Positions 29,289 to 40,062 of a DNA stretch of 64,000 nt are shown here, one piece after another. The notes under the pieces are model-generated. The model was not told where the DNA came from. It was given only the letters and a program-made list of their open reading frames with translations, and made no database searches. Position 1 is the stretch's first letter. Each line of letters begins with the position of its first letter. The DNA is from Minisyncoccota bacterium (lineage in GTDB: Bacteria > Patescibacteriota > Minisyncoccia > Phycocordibacterales > CAIZLB01). The position numbers and the translations under genes were made by a program. The DNA lies in contig JAGOSK010000002.1 of the NCBI GenBank assembly GCA_018062305.1, positions 5,495-69,494 on the forward strand, read 5' to 3'.

Positions 29289-31721
29289 ATGTCCAAAAAC
29301 ACCAAAAACATCCTTTTATACAGCATAATGACCCTTATCTACGCTGTATTTTTCACCCCGCTCATTATATCGACATCTCTCTTTTTCCCATACATCACCG
29401 GAAAAGCATTCGCTTTTAGACTTCTTGTTGAGCTCGCAACCGTACTATATATAGTACTCGTGGTTTCTGATCGCTCATTTTTGCCAAAGAAAGGTACTAT
29501 TCTTGCCTCTATCGTAGTTTTCACCGCAGTTCTTGGTATCTCCACACTCACTGCCGAAGATCCGACAAGAAGTTTTTGGAGTAACTTTGAGCGAATGGAA
29601 GGGTATGTTACAGTGTTACACCTATTCTTTTTCTTTGTAGTTACGACTTCATTGTTTCGAGCAAAGCAAACTTGGTATGCATTATTCAACACTAGTCTTG
29701 TCATCAGTATTATCATCGGACTTCGGGCTTTTGCTGATTATGACCCATCACGTGATGCTTCACTCGTCATTGAATTTTTTAAAGGGATCAAACACTTTTT
29801 TTATGTAGTCTTTAACGGCTATGACCAGACAGTACGAATTGCTGGTACACTCGGCAACTCAAGTTATCTTGGAGTCTATTCGCTTATACATGCGTTTTTG
29901 GCTGGGTTAATGCTGACGACGCTTATGGGGGTAAAGAAGTTCAAAGAAGCTCCAACTCGTTATATAGTCTATATTCTCGCGTTATTGTTCAACATCGTCG
30001 TACTCTATAACACTGGAACACGAGGATCATTTGTTGGTCTCGTTGCTGGTGCTTTTGTAACAGCACTCATTCCTCTCGCACTCATTCTTTTTGGAAAAAA
30101 TGGAACTGGAGGAGAATCGTTTAACCAATCCATTTCAGAACATATCAAGAAGAAAATAAAAATTGCGAGTGGTGTTTCTCTGGTAGTGATTCTACTTGCT
30201 GTAGCGCTCCTTGGTCTCAACAAAGAATCATCTTTCGTAAAAAGCTCAAACTTACTCAGTCGATTTAGTTCACTGATAACACTCGACATCAAACATGTAC
30301 TTGCGACTCAAGGTGAATCGCGAACGCTCTTGTGGGGTATGTCGTGGAAAGGAGTTCAAGAGAGACCGCTCCTAGGATGGGGGCAAGACAATTTTCCATA
30401 TGTATTTTCGAAATACTATGATCCAAAAATGTATGCACAAGAACAATGGTTTGATCGTACACACAATGTATTCTTTGACTGGTTGATCGCAGCTGGATTT
30501 CTTGGACTACTCAGTTATCTTGGACTTTTTGTAGCGCTACTATATGTACTTTGGAAAAAGACAGTTCTAAACAAAGAAAACATCGTATATGATTTTCTCG
30601 AAAAATCTATACTCACTGGACTCTTGACTGCATACTTTGTGCACAACGTCTTTATCTTCGACAACCTGGCCAGCTATATTCTCTTCTTTATATTGCTCGC
30701 ATATGTACATCAGCAGAGTAATGCAAGTGTACTATTTTCAGCAACGGAGATGTCGAGTACAAAAACAAGTACGAAATTCAATACATACGCATCGAATCCT
30801 ACAGTACAATGGGCCATCATCTTTATTGCAATCCTTACTTTTGGATATGTTTCAAATAAAGCAATATATAGACCATACATGGCAGGACGGACACTTATAC
30901 AAGCGCTACAGCTCGCTCATCCTGATGCGGCCACATACTATGGTCAGGAAAAAGCTTCCCCTAAAAATGTTTTAGCGCTTTTCCAAAAAGCACTTGCGTA
31001 CGATACATTTGCTAATACTGAGATCAGAGAACGCCTTGCTGAAGTTGTGCCTACGCTCCTCAACGGAAGTAAAGATGCAGAACTAGTGACCGCTTTCACC
31101 GCACTTGTGTCTAATGAATACCAACGTGCAATAAAGGAAACACCGAAAGATCCACGCCCATTGGTTTTTCTCGGTATGTACTTACAAAAGTTCGGGCTAT
31201 ACAAAGAATCAGCCATCTATTTTGATCAAGCTATTGCGCTCTCACCGACCAAGCAATCATTCTTGTTTCAGAAAGGGATAGTTGAAGTTACAGTCGGTCA
31301 GTATCCACAGGCGGTAGAAACATTTAAAAAAGCATATGAACTTGAACCAGCAAGCAATGAATCGAAAGTCTTGTATGCACTAGCACTTACGTATGCAAAT
31401 AGATTTACTGAAGGAAAAAAGATACTGACAGGAGATCTAGTTGCACTGACCGACCCGAGATTGCTCAACGTATTAATAGAAAAGAATATGTTTAAGGAGA
31501 TTATTGAAATTGCAGAACTTAAGATAGCAGCTGAGCCTAAAAACCCACAAGCGTATATGTCACTCGCTGGCCTATACCTCAAGATGAATAGAAGAACTGA
31601 GGCAATTACACAAATACGAAAAGTAATGGAACTCGCACCTGATTTCAAGGAGACTGGTGAATTCTATATCAGAGAAATACAAGCAGGAAGAGACCCTTCA
31701 GCCCCAGCAGTGAAGCCGTAG
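29289..31721 (+). CDS. O-antigen ligase/polymerase-like membrane protein (Wzy_C domain) with C-terminal TPR repeats
   Basis: About 12 TM helices, with a Wzy_C-like block near HNVFFDWLIAAGFLGLLSYLG. The last roughly 270 aa form TPR repeats. Confidence 0.8.
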   Translation: MSKNTKNILLYSIMTLIYAVFFTPLIISTSLFFPYITGKAFAFRLLVELATVLYIVLVVSDRSFLPKKGTILASIVVFTAVLGISTLTAEDPTRSFWSNFERMEGYVTVLHLFFFFVVTTSLFRAKQTWYALFNTSLVISIIIGLRAFADYDPSRDASLVIEFFKGIKHFFYVVFNGYDQTVRIAGTLGNSSYLGVYSLIHAFLAGLMLTTLMGVKKFKEAPTRYIVYILALLFNIVVLYNTGTRGSFVGLVAGAFVTALIPLALILFGKNGTGGESFNQSISEHIKKKIKIASGVSLVVILLAVALLGLNKESSFVKSSNLLSRFSSLITLDIKHVLATQGESRTLLWGMSWKGVQERPLLGWGQDNFPYVFSKYYDPKMYAQEQWFDRTHNVFFDWLIAAGFLGLLSYLGLFVALLYVLWKKTVLNKENIVYDFLEKSILTGLLTAYFVHNVFIFDNLASYILFFILLAYVHQQSNASVLFSATEMSSTKTSTKFNTYASNPTVQWAIIFIAILTFGYVSNKAIYRPYMAGRTLIQALQLAHPDAATYYGQEKASPKNVLALFQKALAYDTFANTEIRERLAEVVPTLLNGSKDAELVTAFTALVSNEYQRAIKETPKDPRPLVFLGMYLQKFGLYKESAIYFDQAIALSPTKQSFLFQKGIVEVTVGQYPQAVETFKKAYELEPASNESKVLYALALTYANRFTEGKKILTGDLVALTDPRLLNVLIEKNMFKEIIEIAELKIAAEPKNPQAYMSLAGLYLKMNRRTEAITQIRKVMELAPDFKETGEFYIREIQAGRDPSAPAVKP

Positions 31722-31772
31722 TATTGAGCGCTATATCTATATCTATCACCATTAACAGTCACGCCAAATTAC

Positions 31773-32915
31773 ATGAAAAAAACTGAAAAAGTTTCGCAAA
31801 ATGTTTCTTCGAAAAAATCTAAAGTTGCACTCATTACAGGTATCACCGGACAAGACGGTATGTATCTTGCAGAACTACTCCTCAATAAAGGATATATTGT
31901 TCATGGTCTCAAAAGACGTTCATCTTCACTAAACACAGAACGTATAGATCATCTCTATCAAGATCAGCATGAAAAGAGTGTTCGATTTTTTCTACATTAT
32001 GGGGATATGACTGACTCAACGAACTTAATCCGTATAGTTCAGCAAGTTCAGCCAGATGAAATATATAATCTCGCAGCGCAATCACATGTACAGGTTTCTT
32101 TTGAGACACCAGAATATACAGCGAACGCCGATGGAATAGGAGTGCTTCGAATCCTTGAGGCAATACGAATTCTTGGTCTCGAAAAAAAGACACGGTTTTA
32201 TCAAGCGTCGACTTCAGAGTTGTATGGATTGGTTCAAGAGGTTCCACAAAAAGAGACCACACCCTTTTATCCGCGTTCACCATACGGTGTTGCCAAACTC
32301 TACGGATTTTGGATTACTAAAAACTACAGAGAAGCATATGGAATGTATGCGTGTAATGGAATCTTGTTCAATCACGAGAGTCCTGTTCGTGGAGAAACAT
32401 TCGTAACTCGAAAAATTACTCGTGCGGTTGCGCGTATCTCACTTGGTTTACAAGACTCATTGTATTTAGGTAATCTCGATTCAGAGCGCGACTGGGGACA
32501 CGCAAAAGACTATGTAGAAGGAATGTGGCGCATGCTACAGCAAAAGAGTGCAGAGGACTACGTGTTGGCAACTGGAGTAAAATATACCGTGCGAACATTT
32601 GTAGAAAAAGCTTTTGCACACGTTGGTATTACTATTGTATGGAAAGGTAAAGGAGTTAACGAAGTTGGATATGATGCGAAAGATGCCTCAAAAAATAAAA
32701 GACCACTCGTAAAAATCAGTAAAAAATATTTCAGACCTGCAGAAGTTGAACTACTTATCGGTGATGCAACAAAAGCTCAGACGAAGCTTGGATGGAAACC
32801 AAAATACACACTTGATGAACTTGTGAAGGAAATGGTTGAAGCAGATGTACTACTTATGAAGAAAGAAATATATTTAAAGGAAAATGGATTCAAGACACTA
32901 AAGAAATATGAATAA
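31773..32915 (+). CDS. gmd: GDP-mannose 4,6-dehydratase
   Basis: [20 protein letters not shown] is the Rossmann GxxGxxG motif. The YxxxK catalytic region and the full-length 380-aa layout match Gmd. Confidence 0.95.
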   Translation: MKKTEKVSQNVSSKKSKVALITGITGQDGMYLAELLLNKGYIVHGLKRRSSSLNTERIDHLYQDQHEKSVRFFLHYGDMTDSTNLIRIVQQVQPDEIYNLAAQSHVQVSFETPEYTANADGIGVLRILEAIRILGLEKKTRFYQASTSELYGLVQEVPQKETTPFYPRSPYGVAKLYGFWITKNYREAYGMYACNGILFNHESPVRGETFVTRKITRAVARISLGLQDSLYLGNLDSERDWGHAKDYVEGMWRMLQQKSAEDYVLATGVKYTVRTFVEKAFAHVGITIVWKGKGVNEVGYDAKDASKNKRPLVKISKKYFRPAEVELLIGDATKAQTKLGWKPKYTLDELVKEMVEADVLLMKKEIYLKENGFKTLKKYE

Positions 32916-33891
32916 TCTTGCACAAGCAGATTCCGATATGAAGAAAGATTCAAAAATATATGTAGCGGGGCACAATGGTATGGTAGGTTCAGCAATTCTT
33001 CGGAAACTTCAAACCGATGGATACACAAATATACTTGTACGTACTCGAGCAGAACTTGATCTCACAAATCAAAAACAAGTTCATGAGTTTTTTATTCAAG
33101 AAAAACCAGAGTATATATTTCTTGCTGCTGCAAAAGTTGGGGGAATTGTAGCAAATAATACATATCGTGCGGACTTCTTATACGAAAATATTATAATTGA
33201 GGCAAACGTAATACATGCTACAGCTGAATTAAAAAACAATTCAAAGGAAATAAATCCCAAACTTCTCTTTCTTGGTTCATCTTGTATATATCCAAAACTT
33301 GCACCTCAGCCACTCAAAGAAGAGTATCTATTGACGGGTCCACTCGAAGAAACAAACGAGCCGTATGCTATTGCTAAAATTGCGGGAATAAAAATGTGTG
33401 AAAGTTATAGAAGACAATATGGTTGTAATTTTATCTCCGTGATGCCCACAAATCTCTACGGTCCGAATGATAATTATAATGCACAGACTTCGCATGTACT
33501 TCCTGCACTTCTACGAAAATTTCATACTGCAAAAATTTCAAACGCTTCGACAGTAGAGTTGTGGGGGACAGGTACACCACTACGAGAGTTCATGCATGTA
33601 GATGATCTTGCTGATGCCTGCATTTTTCTTATGCAAACATATAACGAAGAGGGAATAGTAAATATTGGGGTGGGTGAAGACCTTACTATAAAAGACTTGG
33701 CACATATGGTGCAAGAGGTTGTAGGCTTTGGAGGTAAAATAGTATTTGACGCAACAAAACCAGATGGAACTCCTCGAAAACTTATGGATGTTACAAGACT
33801 CACAGCTCTTGGATTTAAAGCAAAAATAAATTTAAAAGATGGAATTGCTGCGGTATATAAAGATGTGATTGAAAATAAATTGTTCGAATAA
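32908..33891 (+). CDS. fcl: GDP-L-fucose synthase (GDP-4-keto-6-deoxymannose 3,5-epimerase/4-reductase)
   Basis: [19 protein letters not shown] at the N-terminus. An 8-nt overlap (ATGAATAA) with the gmd stop indicates translational coupling. Confidence 0.95.
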   Translation: MNNLAQADSDMKKDSKIYVAGHNGMVGSAILRKLQTDGYTNILVRTRAELDLTNQKQVHEFFIQEKPEYIFLAAAKVGGIVANNTYRADFLYENIIIEANVIHATAELKNNSKEINPKLLFLGSSCIYPKLAPQPLKEEYLLTGPLEETNEPYAIAKIAGIKMCESYRRQYGCNFISVMPTNLYGPNDNYNAQTSHVLPALLRKFHTAKISNASTVELWGTGTPLREFMHVDDLADACIFLMQTYNEEGIVNIGVGEDLTIKDLAHMVQEVVGFGGKIVFDATKPDGTPRKLMDVTRLTALGFKAKINLKDGIAAVYKDVIENKLFE

Positions 33892-34102
33892 AGAAAATAT
33901 TTTTAAAAATAAAATTCAGAATAAAACTTTCGCAAAAAACTTTCTGAAAAATAAAAATAAAATAAAAAAAGTTATCCACAACATTTTTAAAAAAAATATT
34001 GCTTGTAATTGAATTGTGAAAGATAATTAGTACATGCATAGAGATGAACGGTCATCATCACTATCACTTACCAATAATTGTTCCTTACTTCAAATAAATT
34101 TT

Positions 34103-34177
34103 ATGGCAGCAAAGAAAAAAGCTAAGAAGGCAGCAAAGAAGACAGCAAAAAAGAAAGCTACAAAGAAGCGAAAATAA
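34103..34177 (+). CDS. Micro-ORF encoding a 24-aa Lys/Ala-rich peptide (MAAKKKAKKAAKKTAKKKATKKRK)
   Basis: ATG to TAA in frame, immediately followed by a strong terminator. There is no SD. Whether it is coding is uncertain. Confidence 0.3.
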   Translation: MAAKKKAKKAAKKTAKKKATKKRK

Positions 34178-34196
34178 TTTTATTTTCTCACTTCAT

Positions 34197-34230
34197 AAAA
34201 ACCACTATCGCAAGGTAGTGGTTTTTATGT
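34197..34230 (+). terminator. Rho-independent terminator
   Basis: AAAAACCACTA-tcgcaagg-TAGTGGTTTTT. Confidence 0.6.
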
Positions 34231-34368
34231 TTATTCTAAGACTTCATGAAATATTCATCATTCGGCTGAGTGTGGGTAGGGGTATATCGTCTTATTTGTA
34301 CAGTGATATAATTATGGGGTATAAAAAGCAGTAAAATTTGGCACCATATTAATAAATTTAAAAATCAA

Positions 34369-37167
34369 ATGATTAAATTACTTCGGCTGGTATTAGTTCT
34401 TGCCCTCACGCTTCCGGTCATCTCTATTATTCCTAAGAGCTTGTATGCACAAACGGCGCAACCTACACCTCCACCACTAACAGGATCAACATCGATATCA
34501 TGTAACAACTTTGCATCAGACCTATACTACAAATTGGAGTATCCATTTATGGCAGGTGGCCGGTACGCGTATGTAAATCCAGTGTATGTGACGTTCAAGA
34601 AAGATATGAACACTTTGCACCAGATACTCGCATCCAAGAGTATCTCAGTTTCCGACAGCGAAAAAGGAAATATACCAAAGTTCGGTAAATCGACGACAGA
34701 GGCGGTAATTCAATTTCAAGAGCAATTTAAAAGTCAGATAGGTCTGACTCGACCAAGTGGTATTGTCGATGAAAAGACACGACAGTATTTGAATCAACAG
34801 TATGGTTGTATTGATAAGGCTCTAGTAACATTAACTGAGCCAAATAAAAATACTATTCGAGCTCGAGGAGAAAGCCTTGCTATCAAATGGACTGCTTCAA
34901 AAGTTCCAAATACAACTGACATCACAGCCAAGTATATAAACGCTACTAATCCAAGTGCTAGTTCAACTATTATTACTCTGCCAAATATTAGAAATGGAAA
35001 AGGGGAATACCTCTGGACTATTCCGTCAACACTCCCTGCTGGAAGCTACAAGATAGTTGTTGCGCTCACAGGTTCTGTAAAGAGCGACGAAAGTAATGCA
35101 CCCTTTGAAGTTCGAGAAACAGCTCTTGAGATATTGACTCCAAATACCGAAGTCGCACTCACTGCTGGTAGCAGACTTCCTATTACATGGAAGACATCAA
35201 CTGCACTCAAGTCTTCTGATAAAATTAAAATCAATCTTCAAGGAACACTTATTTCCGATGGTCAGTCACTTATAAATGTAGAAATAGCCAAGGTTCCAAA
35301 CACAGGCTCATATATATGGACAGTTCCAGATAGAATCAATAATAAAATCGTGACAACTACAAGTGCCTTCCGTATTATTCTTCAATCTGAGGTTGGAAAT
35401 TATACAAGTACTTCAAGTCCAGTAGTCCAGATCAATCCATCACCAAGTGTGCAAACAAGCTCTGTCGCTGTGAGTCAGCCAACTTCAAGCGCTCAATATC
35501 AGACTGGTCAAACGATTCCAGTGAGATGGACTTCAAAAGGGCTCAAGACAACTGACGATGTCCAGATATCATTGATTGCAAAGACAGGGGCGAATGCTGG
35601 AACTTACATTATTGGAAATACTAAGAATAATGGTGTGTTCAATTGGGTTATCCCAACAAGTTTGAGTTCATTCAATCTAGCTACGACTACACTAAATCAA
35701 TATCAAGTCCTTATCGTTCCAACTGCAAACACAGCGGTGCGAGCAACAAGTTCTACGTTTAGTATTGTGCCCGTGCCTGTGACCCTACCAGCTCCTATGG
35801 TTGTCAGTGGGATTTCATTTACACCTCAGCCTGCCCAAGTCGGATCACAGATGACTGCATATTTTAAAAACGGTGGAAGTTTCGGAAGTGTGATGTTAAA
35901 GACACTCGATGGAACAAAGAGATGGTTTGTACCATATAGGACTGATACGGTAGTATCTAATGGCTTTGTTCGTTACGATGGAAATAAAATCACTTTCACT
36001 GTGCCTTCAACTATTGGTCTCGGACAACTTCCTGAAAATACTGGCTATGAAGCTCCAATCCCACTCACAACTGGAACTTATAATGCATCTATTTGGTTCA
36101 GCCAGAGTGATAACACAACGGCTGAGAGTAAAATTACACCTATAAAAATTAATGCAATCAGTCAGACGCCATTTACAGTAGTTACTCCGATTCGAAATTC
36201 AGCGCTACAAACAGGGTCAACATATAACACAACATGGACAGGAGGAGATGTCGGAGTAGACGAATATGCAGTGTATCTTGTCGGTGGAGCGTTAGGTGAC
36301 ACCGGTTCATTACCTTTAGGTACAGCGTCTTCTAATAGAAAGACTTTCTCTTTCACTATTCCATCAACTGTTCAGCCAGCAGATAATTATCGTATTCAAT
36401 TCAGTGGAAGATGGGTTACGGGAGGTGAAAGTCCTGTATTCAAAATTGTAGCACCTGCCCCAGCACCTCAGATGACTGCAACTCTCGATAAAACTTCAGT
36501 TGTAAGAGGAAGTACAATTACAGCTCTATTTACAGGATCAGTTCCTGTGCTGTCACGAGTGATAGCTACTATTGTAAAAGCTGATAATAGCCCAGTTGTA
36601 GGTGCTCCAAGTATAAATACAGTAATGAATGCCGGACGAGCCACCATGACAGTTCCAGCATCACTTCCAGCAGGTCAGTATAAGATATATCTAAGTTCAA
36701 CTGTTAATGGAGCGCTTGTACAAGCATACTCACCAGAATTTGCAGCGGTGAATCCGTATCCAGTGTTTACAATTGATGGAACTCCGTTTACTGCAGGTAT
36801 ACTTGGCAACACCGGAAAGACCACCTCGCTAACTACAGTGTTCAACATAAAAGCAAAGGCAAATGGAGCGGTCTTGGCAAAACTTGTACCAGCCAATTTT
36901 GCAGTTGTATTCCAAGATGATGTCACTGGTTCAACTACTCCAGCTTCAACGATTGTAGTTACGAGTGCAGGTGTTGCAAATGGTGCGACAGGAAACATCA
37001 AAGTAACTGCAACTATACAAGGAACAGCGCTACCTACGACAAGTTACTATAAGACAAAAATAAACAGTATCGCATGGACAATGGGTACAGCTCCAAATAT
37101 CACAACAGGTACAGAAACAGCCAGTCTCTCAACTTTTGTGACACCTACAACACCATTTATAAAGTAA
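34369..37167 (+). CDS. Secreted cell-surface protein: signal peptide, peptidoglycan-binding domain (PG_binding_1-like), then at least 6 tandem Ser/Thr-rich beta-sandwich repeats
   Basis: Signal peptide MIKLLRLVLVLALTLPVISIIPKSLYA. The PG-binding-like block is KFGKSTTEAVIQFQEQFKSQIGLTRPSGIVDEKTRQYLNQQYG. Repeats of roughly 95 aa carry W-T-x-x and YxWTVP-like motifs (KWTASK...YLWTIPS, ITWKTS...YIWTVPD, VRWTSKG...FNWVIPT). Confidence 0.8.
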   Translation: MIKLLRLVLVLALTLPVISIIPKSLYAQTAQPTPPPLTGSTSISCNNFASDLYYKLEYPFMAGGRYAYVNPVYVTFKKDMNTLHQILASKSISVSDSEKGNIPKFGKSTTEAVIQFQEQFKSQIGLTRPSGIVDEKTRQYLNQQYGCIDKALVTLTEPNKNTIRARGESLAIKWTASKVPNTTDITAKYINATNPSASSTIITLPNIRNGKGEYLWTIPSTLPAGSYKIVVALTGSVKSDESNAPFEVRETALEILTPNTEVALTAGSRLPITWKTSTALKSSDKIKINLQGTLISDGQSLINVEIAKVPNTGSYIWTVPDRINNKIVTTTSAFRIILQSEVGNYTSTSSPVVQINPSPSVQTSSVAVSQPTSSAQYQTGQTIPVRWTSKGLKTTDDVQISLIAKTGANAGTYIIGNTKNNGVFNWVIPTSLSSFNLATTTLNQYQVLIVPTANTAVRATSSTFSIVPVPVTLPAPMVVSGISFTPQPAQVGSQMTAYFKNGGSFGSVMLKTLDGTKRWFVPYRTDTVVSNGFVRYDGNKITFTVPSTIGLGQLPENTGYEAPIPLTTGTYNASIWFSQSDNTTAESKITPIKINAISQTPFTVVTPIRNSALQTGSTYNTTWTGGDVGVDEYAVYLVGGALGDTGSLPLGTASSNRKTFSFTIPSTVQPADNYRIQFSGRWVTGGESPVFKIVAPAPAPQMTATLDKTSVVRGSTITALFTGSVPVLSRVIATIVKADNSPVVGAPSINTVMNAGRATMTVPASLPAGQYKIYLSSTVNGALVQAYSPEFAAVNPYPVFTIDGTPFTAGILGNTGKTTSLTTVFNIKAKANGAVLAKLVPANFAVVFQDDVTGSTTPASTIVVTSAGVANGATGNIKVTATIQGTALPTTSYYKTKINSIAWTMGTAPNITTGTETASLSTFVTPTTPFIK

Positions 37168-37215
37168 GTAAAATCTATGTGAAAAGTGGTTATTTTGTGA
37201 TAAAGTAGTACAACT

Positions 37216-39948
37216 ATGGCATTACTTACATCGATTTTTGGTACCCGTTCAAGTCGCGAGATTAAGCGATATCAGAAAATAGTACAGCAAATTAACGCAT
37301 TAGAGCCTTCTATTAAGGCACTTTCTGATGTTGAGCTCAAAAATAAAACTCAAGAATTTCGGACTATTATCCAAGAGAGGCTCGCAGGTGTCAAATCTCA
37401 TGATGGCACGCTCGCAGATAAAAGACGCCTAAAAGGGGAGGTGCTGGCTATTCTCGACGCGGTGCTTCGTGAGCTTCTTCCTCAAGCTTTTGCAGTAGTA
37501 CGAGAAGCATCACATCGAACTCTCGGACAACGACACTATGATGTTCAGCTTATCGGAGGAATGATTCTGCACGAAGGAAAAATAGCGGAAATGAAAACTG
37601 GAGAAGGAAAAACACTCATGGCAACTCTTGCGGTGTATCTCAATGCACTTTCTGGAAAGGGAGTACATGTTATTACTGTCAACGATTATCTCGCACGTCG
37701 AGACGCATCTTGGATGGGTCAGATCTATCATGCACTAGGACTACGCACCGGTGTTATCAATGACAGCTCATTTGTATTTGATATCGAACACCAGGCGCCG
37801 TCACAGGGAGAATCAGCGTCAGATTCAACATTGGAAGATGCACAAAAAGAAGAAGCGGAAGAGGGTTCATTCAAAGTCGGATATGAATTCTTGAAACCTG
37901 CTACAAAACGAGAAGCGTATCACGCAGATATTACCTATGGTACAAACAATCAGTTTGGTTTTGATTACCTCCGAGACAATATAGAACACTCGGTCAACGA
38001 ACTCCGTCAGCTTGATTTCAATTTCGCAATTGTGGATGAAGTAGACTCAATTCTTATCGACGAAGCACGAACACCTCTTATTATTTCAGCGCCCACTGTT
38101 GAATCAGAAAATTTGTATGTGACATTTGCACAGATTGCAGAGTCACTCAACAAAGATGAACACTACGCAGTTGACGAAAAGTTTAAAACTATTTCTTTGA
38201 CTGATGCGGGTATAGACGAAGCTGAGAAAAAACTAGGTGTGTCAAACATTTATACAGAAGGTGGCATCAAATATGTGCATCACCTTGAAACCGCTGTGCG
38301 AGCCAAAGCACTATATAAGAAAGAGGTAGAGTATTTGGTAAAAAATGGTGAGGTTCTGATTGTTGATCCATCAACTGGTCGTCTCCAGCCAGGACGACGA
38401 TGGTCTGAAGGGTTGCATCAAGCTATAGAGGCAAAAGAGGGTGTGACTATTCAAAAAGAAAGTCGTACGTATGCTTCTATTACATTCCAAAACTATTTTA
38501 GAATGTATCCAAAGCTTGCAGGTATGACAGGTACTGGTATGACAAGTTCCGAAGAGTTTCTCAAGGTATATGGTCTTGATGTTATTGAAGTTCCCACTCA
38601 TCGACCAGTATCTCGTCTTGATAAACAAGATCTTATTTTCCAAACTGAAAATGGAAAGTTTAAGGCTATTGCTCGAAAAATAAAGGAGCTCCATCAAAAA
38701 GGTCAGCCTGTCCTTATTGGTACAGTTTCTATTGAAAAAAATCAGTTGCTTTCAGAATTCCTAAAAAAAGAGGGAGTACCTCATGCACTTTTGAATGCAA
38801 AACCAGAATTCGCTGAAAAAGAAGGTGAAATTGTCGCAGAAGCTGGTAAAAAGGGTGCTGTGACTATTGCTACAAACATGGCAGGACGAGGAGTTGATAT
38901 TAAACTTGGAGGAGCACCTCGAGTAGATGTATCTGCTGATGAAGAAAAACGAAGATACGAGGAAATAAAATCTCTTGGGGGGCTTTTCGTACTTGGTACT
39001 GAGCGACACGAAGCACGACGTATAGACAATCAGCTTCGAGGAAGATCAGGACGACAAGGAGACCCTGGCGAAACGCAATTTTTTGTATCACTCGAGGATG
39101 ATCTCATGCGTATCTTTGCAAACGATACCATCAAAAAGATGATGGGTCGTCTTAATATGCCGGAAGATGAGCCTATTCAACATAGCATTATTAGTCGTTC
39201 ACTTGAGTCTGCTCAGCGAAAAATAGAAGGCTTCCATTTTGATTCAAGAAAGCATGTATTGGAGTACGATGATGTCCTCAATCAACAACGACTCAAGGTA
39301 TATGATCGAAGACGAAAGATTCTTGTAGGGGAACCGTCAGACGTTCAGTCTGTTCTCGATACGCTGATGTTGAAAGCATCTGAAGATCAAAAGAAGGCAA
39401 TCGATGCCAATGCAGAAAATTTCAAAAAAGCATCTGAGAAAACATCAGGCGATGAATCTGGCAGCGAAGCCTCATTCCTTCGAACTGTACGAGGCGTCAT
39501 GCTCCAGACTATTGACCTATTTTGGATTGATCATTTGGAAGTCATGGACTATATGCGATCAAGTGTAAACCTCCGAGCATACGGACAAAGAGATCCACTT
39601 GTAGAATACCGAAGAGAAGGGCTCAAACTATTCAAAGAGATGGAACATTCTGTTGATCAAGAGATTATTCGTATTCTGGCCAATGTTGAGGGACAAGTTG
39701 AGGGTGGAAAAAATATGCCAGTTGTAGAGCTTCGTCCAAGTTTTGAAAATATGGGCATCGGCGGCGTAGGCAATGGTATTGCAGGAAGTGGTATGAACGA
39801 TACAGGTGGTATGGCAAGTGGTATGGTGGCTGATGCAATTCGCGAGGCAAAGACAATTCCAATCATATCAGGGCAGGAAAAAGTGGGTAGAAATGACCCT
39901 TGCCCTTGTGGAAGTGGAAAGAAGTACAAGAAGTGTCACGGGGTATAA
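37216..39948 (+). CDS. secA: Preprotein translocase ATPase SecA
   Basis: 910 aa with DEAD-like motor domains, and the C-terminal zinc-binding [14 protein letters not shown]. Confidence 0.95.
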   Translation: MALLTSIFGTRSSREIKRYQKIVQQINALEPSIKALSDVELKNKTQEFRTIIQERLAGVKSHDGTLADKRRLKGEVLAILDAVLRELLPQAFAVVREASHRTLGQRHYDVQLIGGMILHEGKIAEMKTGEGKTLMATLAVYLNALSGKGVHVITVNDYLARRDASWMGQIYHALGLRTGVINDSSFVFDIEHQAPSQGESASDSTLEDAQKEEAEEGSFKVGYEFLKPATKREAYHADITYGTNNQFGFDYLRDNIEHSVNELRQLDFNFAIVDEVDSILIDEARTPLIISAPTVESENLYVTFAQIAESLNKDEHYAVDEKFKTISLTDAGIDEAEKKLGVSNIYTEGGIKYVHHLETAVRAKALYKKEVEYLVKNGEVLIVDPSTGRLQPGRRWSEGLHQAIEAKEGVTIQKESRTYASITFQNYFRMYPKLAGMTGTGMTSSEEFLKVYGLDVIEVPTHRPVSRLDKQDLIFQTENGKFKAIARKIKELHQKGQPVLIGTVSIEKNQLLSEFLKKEGVPHALLNAKPEFAEKEGEIVAEAGKKGAVTIATNMAGRGVDIKLGGAPRVDVSADEEKRRYEEIKSLGGLFVLGTERHEARRIDNQLRGRSGRQGDPGETQFFVSLEDDLMRIFANDTIKKMMGRLNMPEDEPIQHSIISRSLESAQRKIEGFHFDSRKHVLEYDDVLNQQRLKVYDRRRKILVGEPSDVQSVLDTLMLKASEDQKKAIDANAENFKKASEKTSGDESGSEASFLRTVRGVMLQTIDLFWIDHLEVMDYMRSSVNLRAYGQRDPLVEYRREGLKLFKEMEHSVDQEIIRILANVEGQVEGGKNMPVVELRPSFENMGIGGVGNGIAGSGMNDTGGMASGMVADAIREAKTIPIISGQEKVGRNDPCPCGSGKKYKKCHGV

Positions 39949-40062
39949 AACACACCATGGAGCATAAGTAAGCTGTATTATTAGTATTCTGAAAGTGATA
40001 TAATTTGTGAGCTTAGTATAAGGAATGATTTTTAAATAGCTGTAAAATAACTTTCAAAAAAC

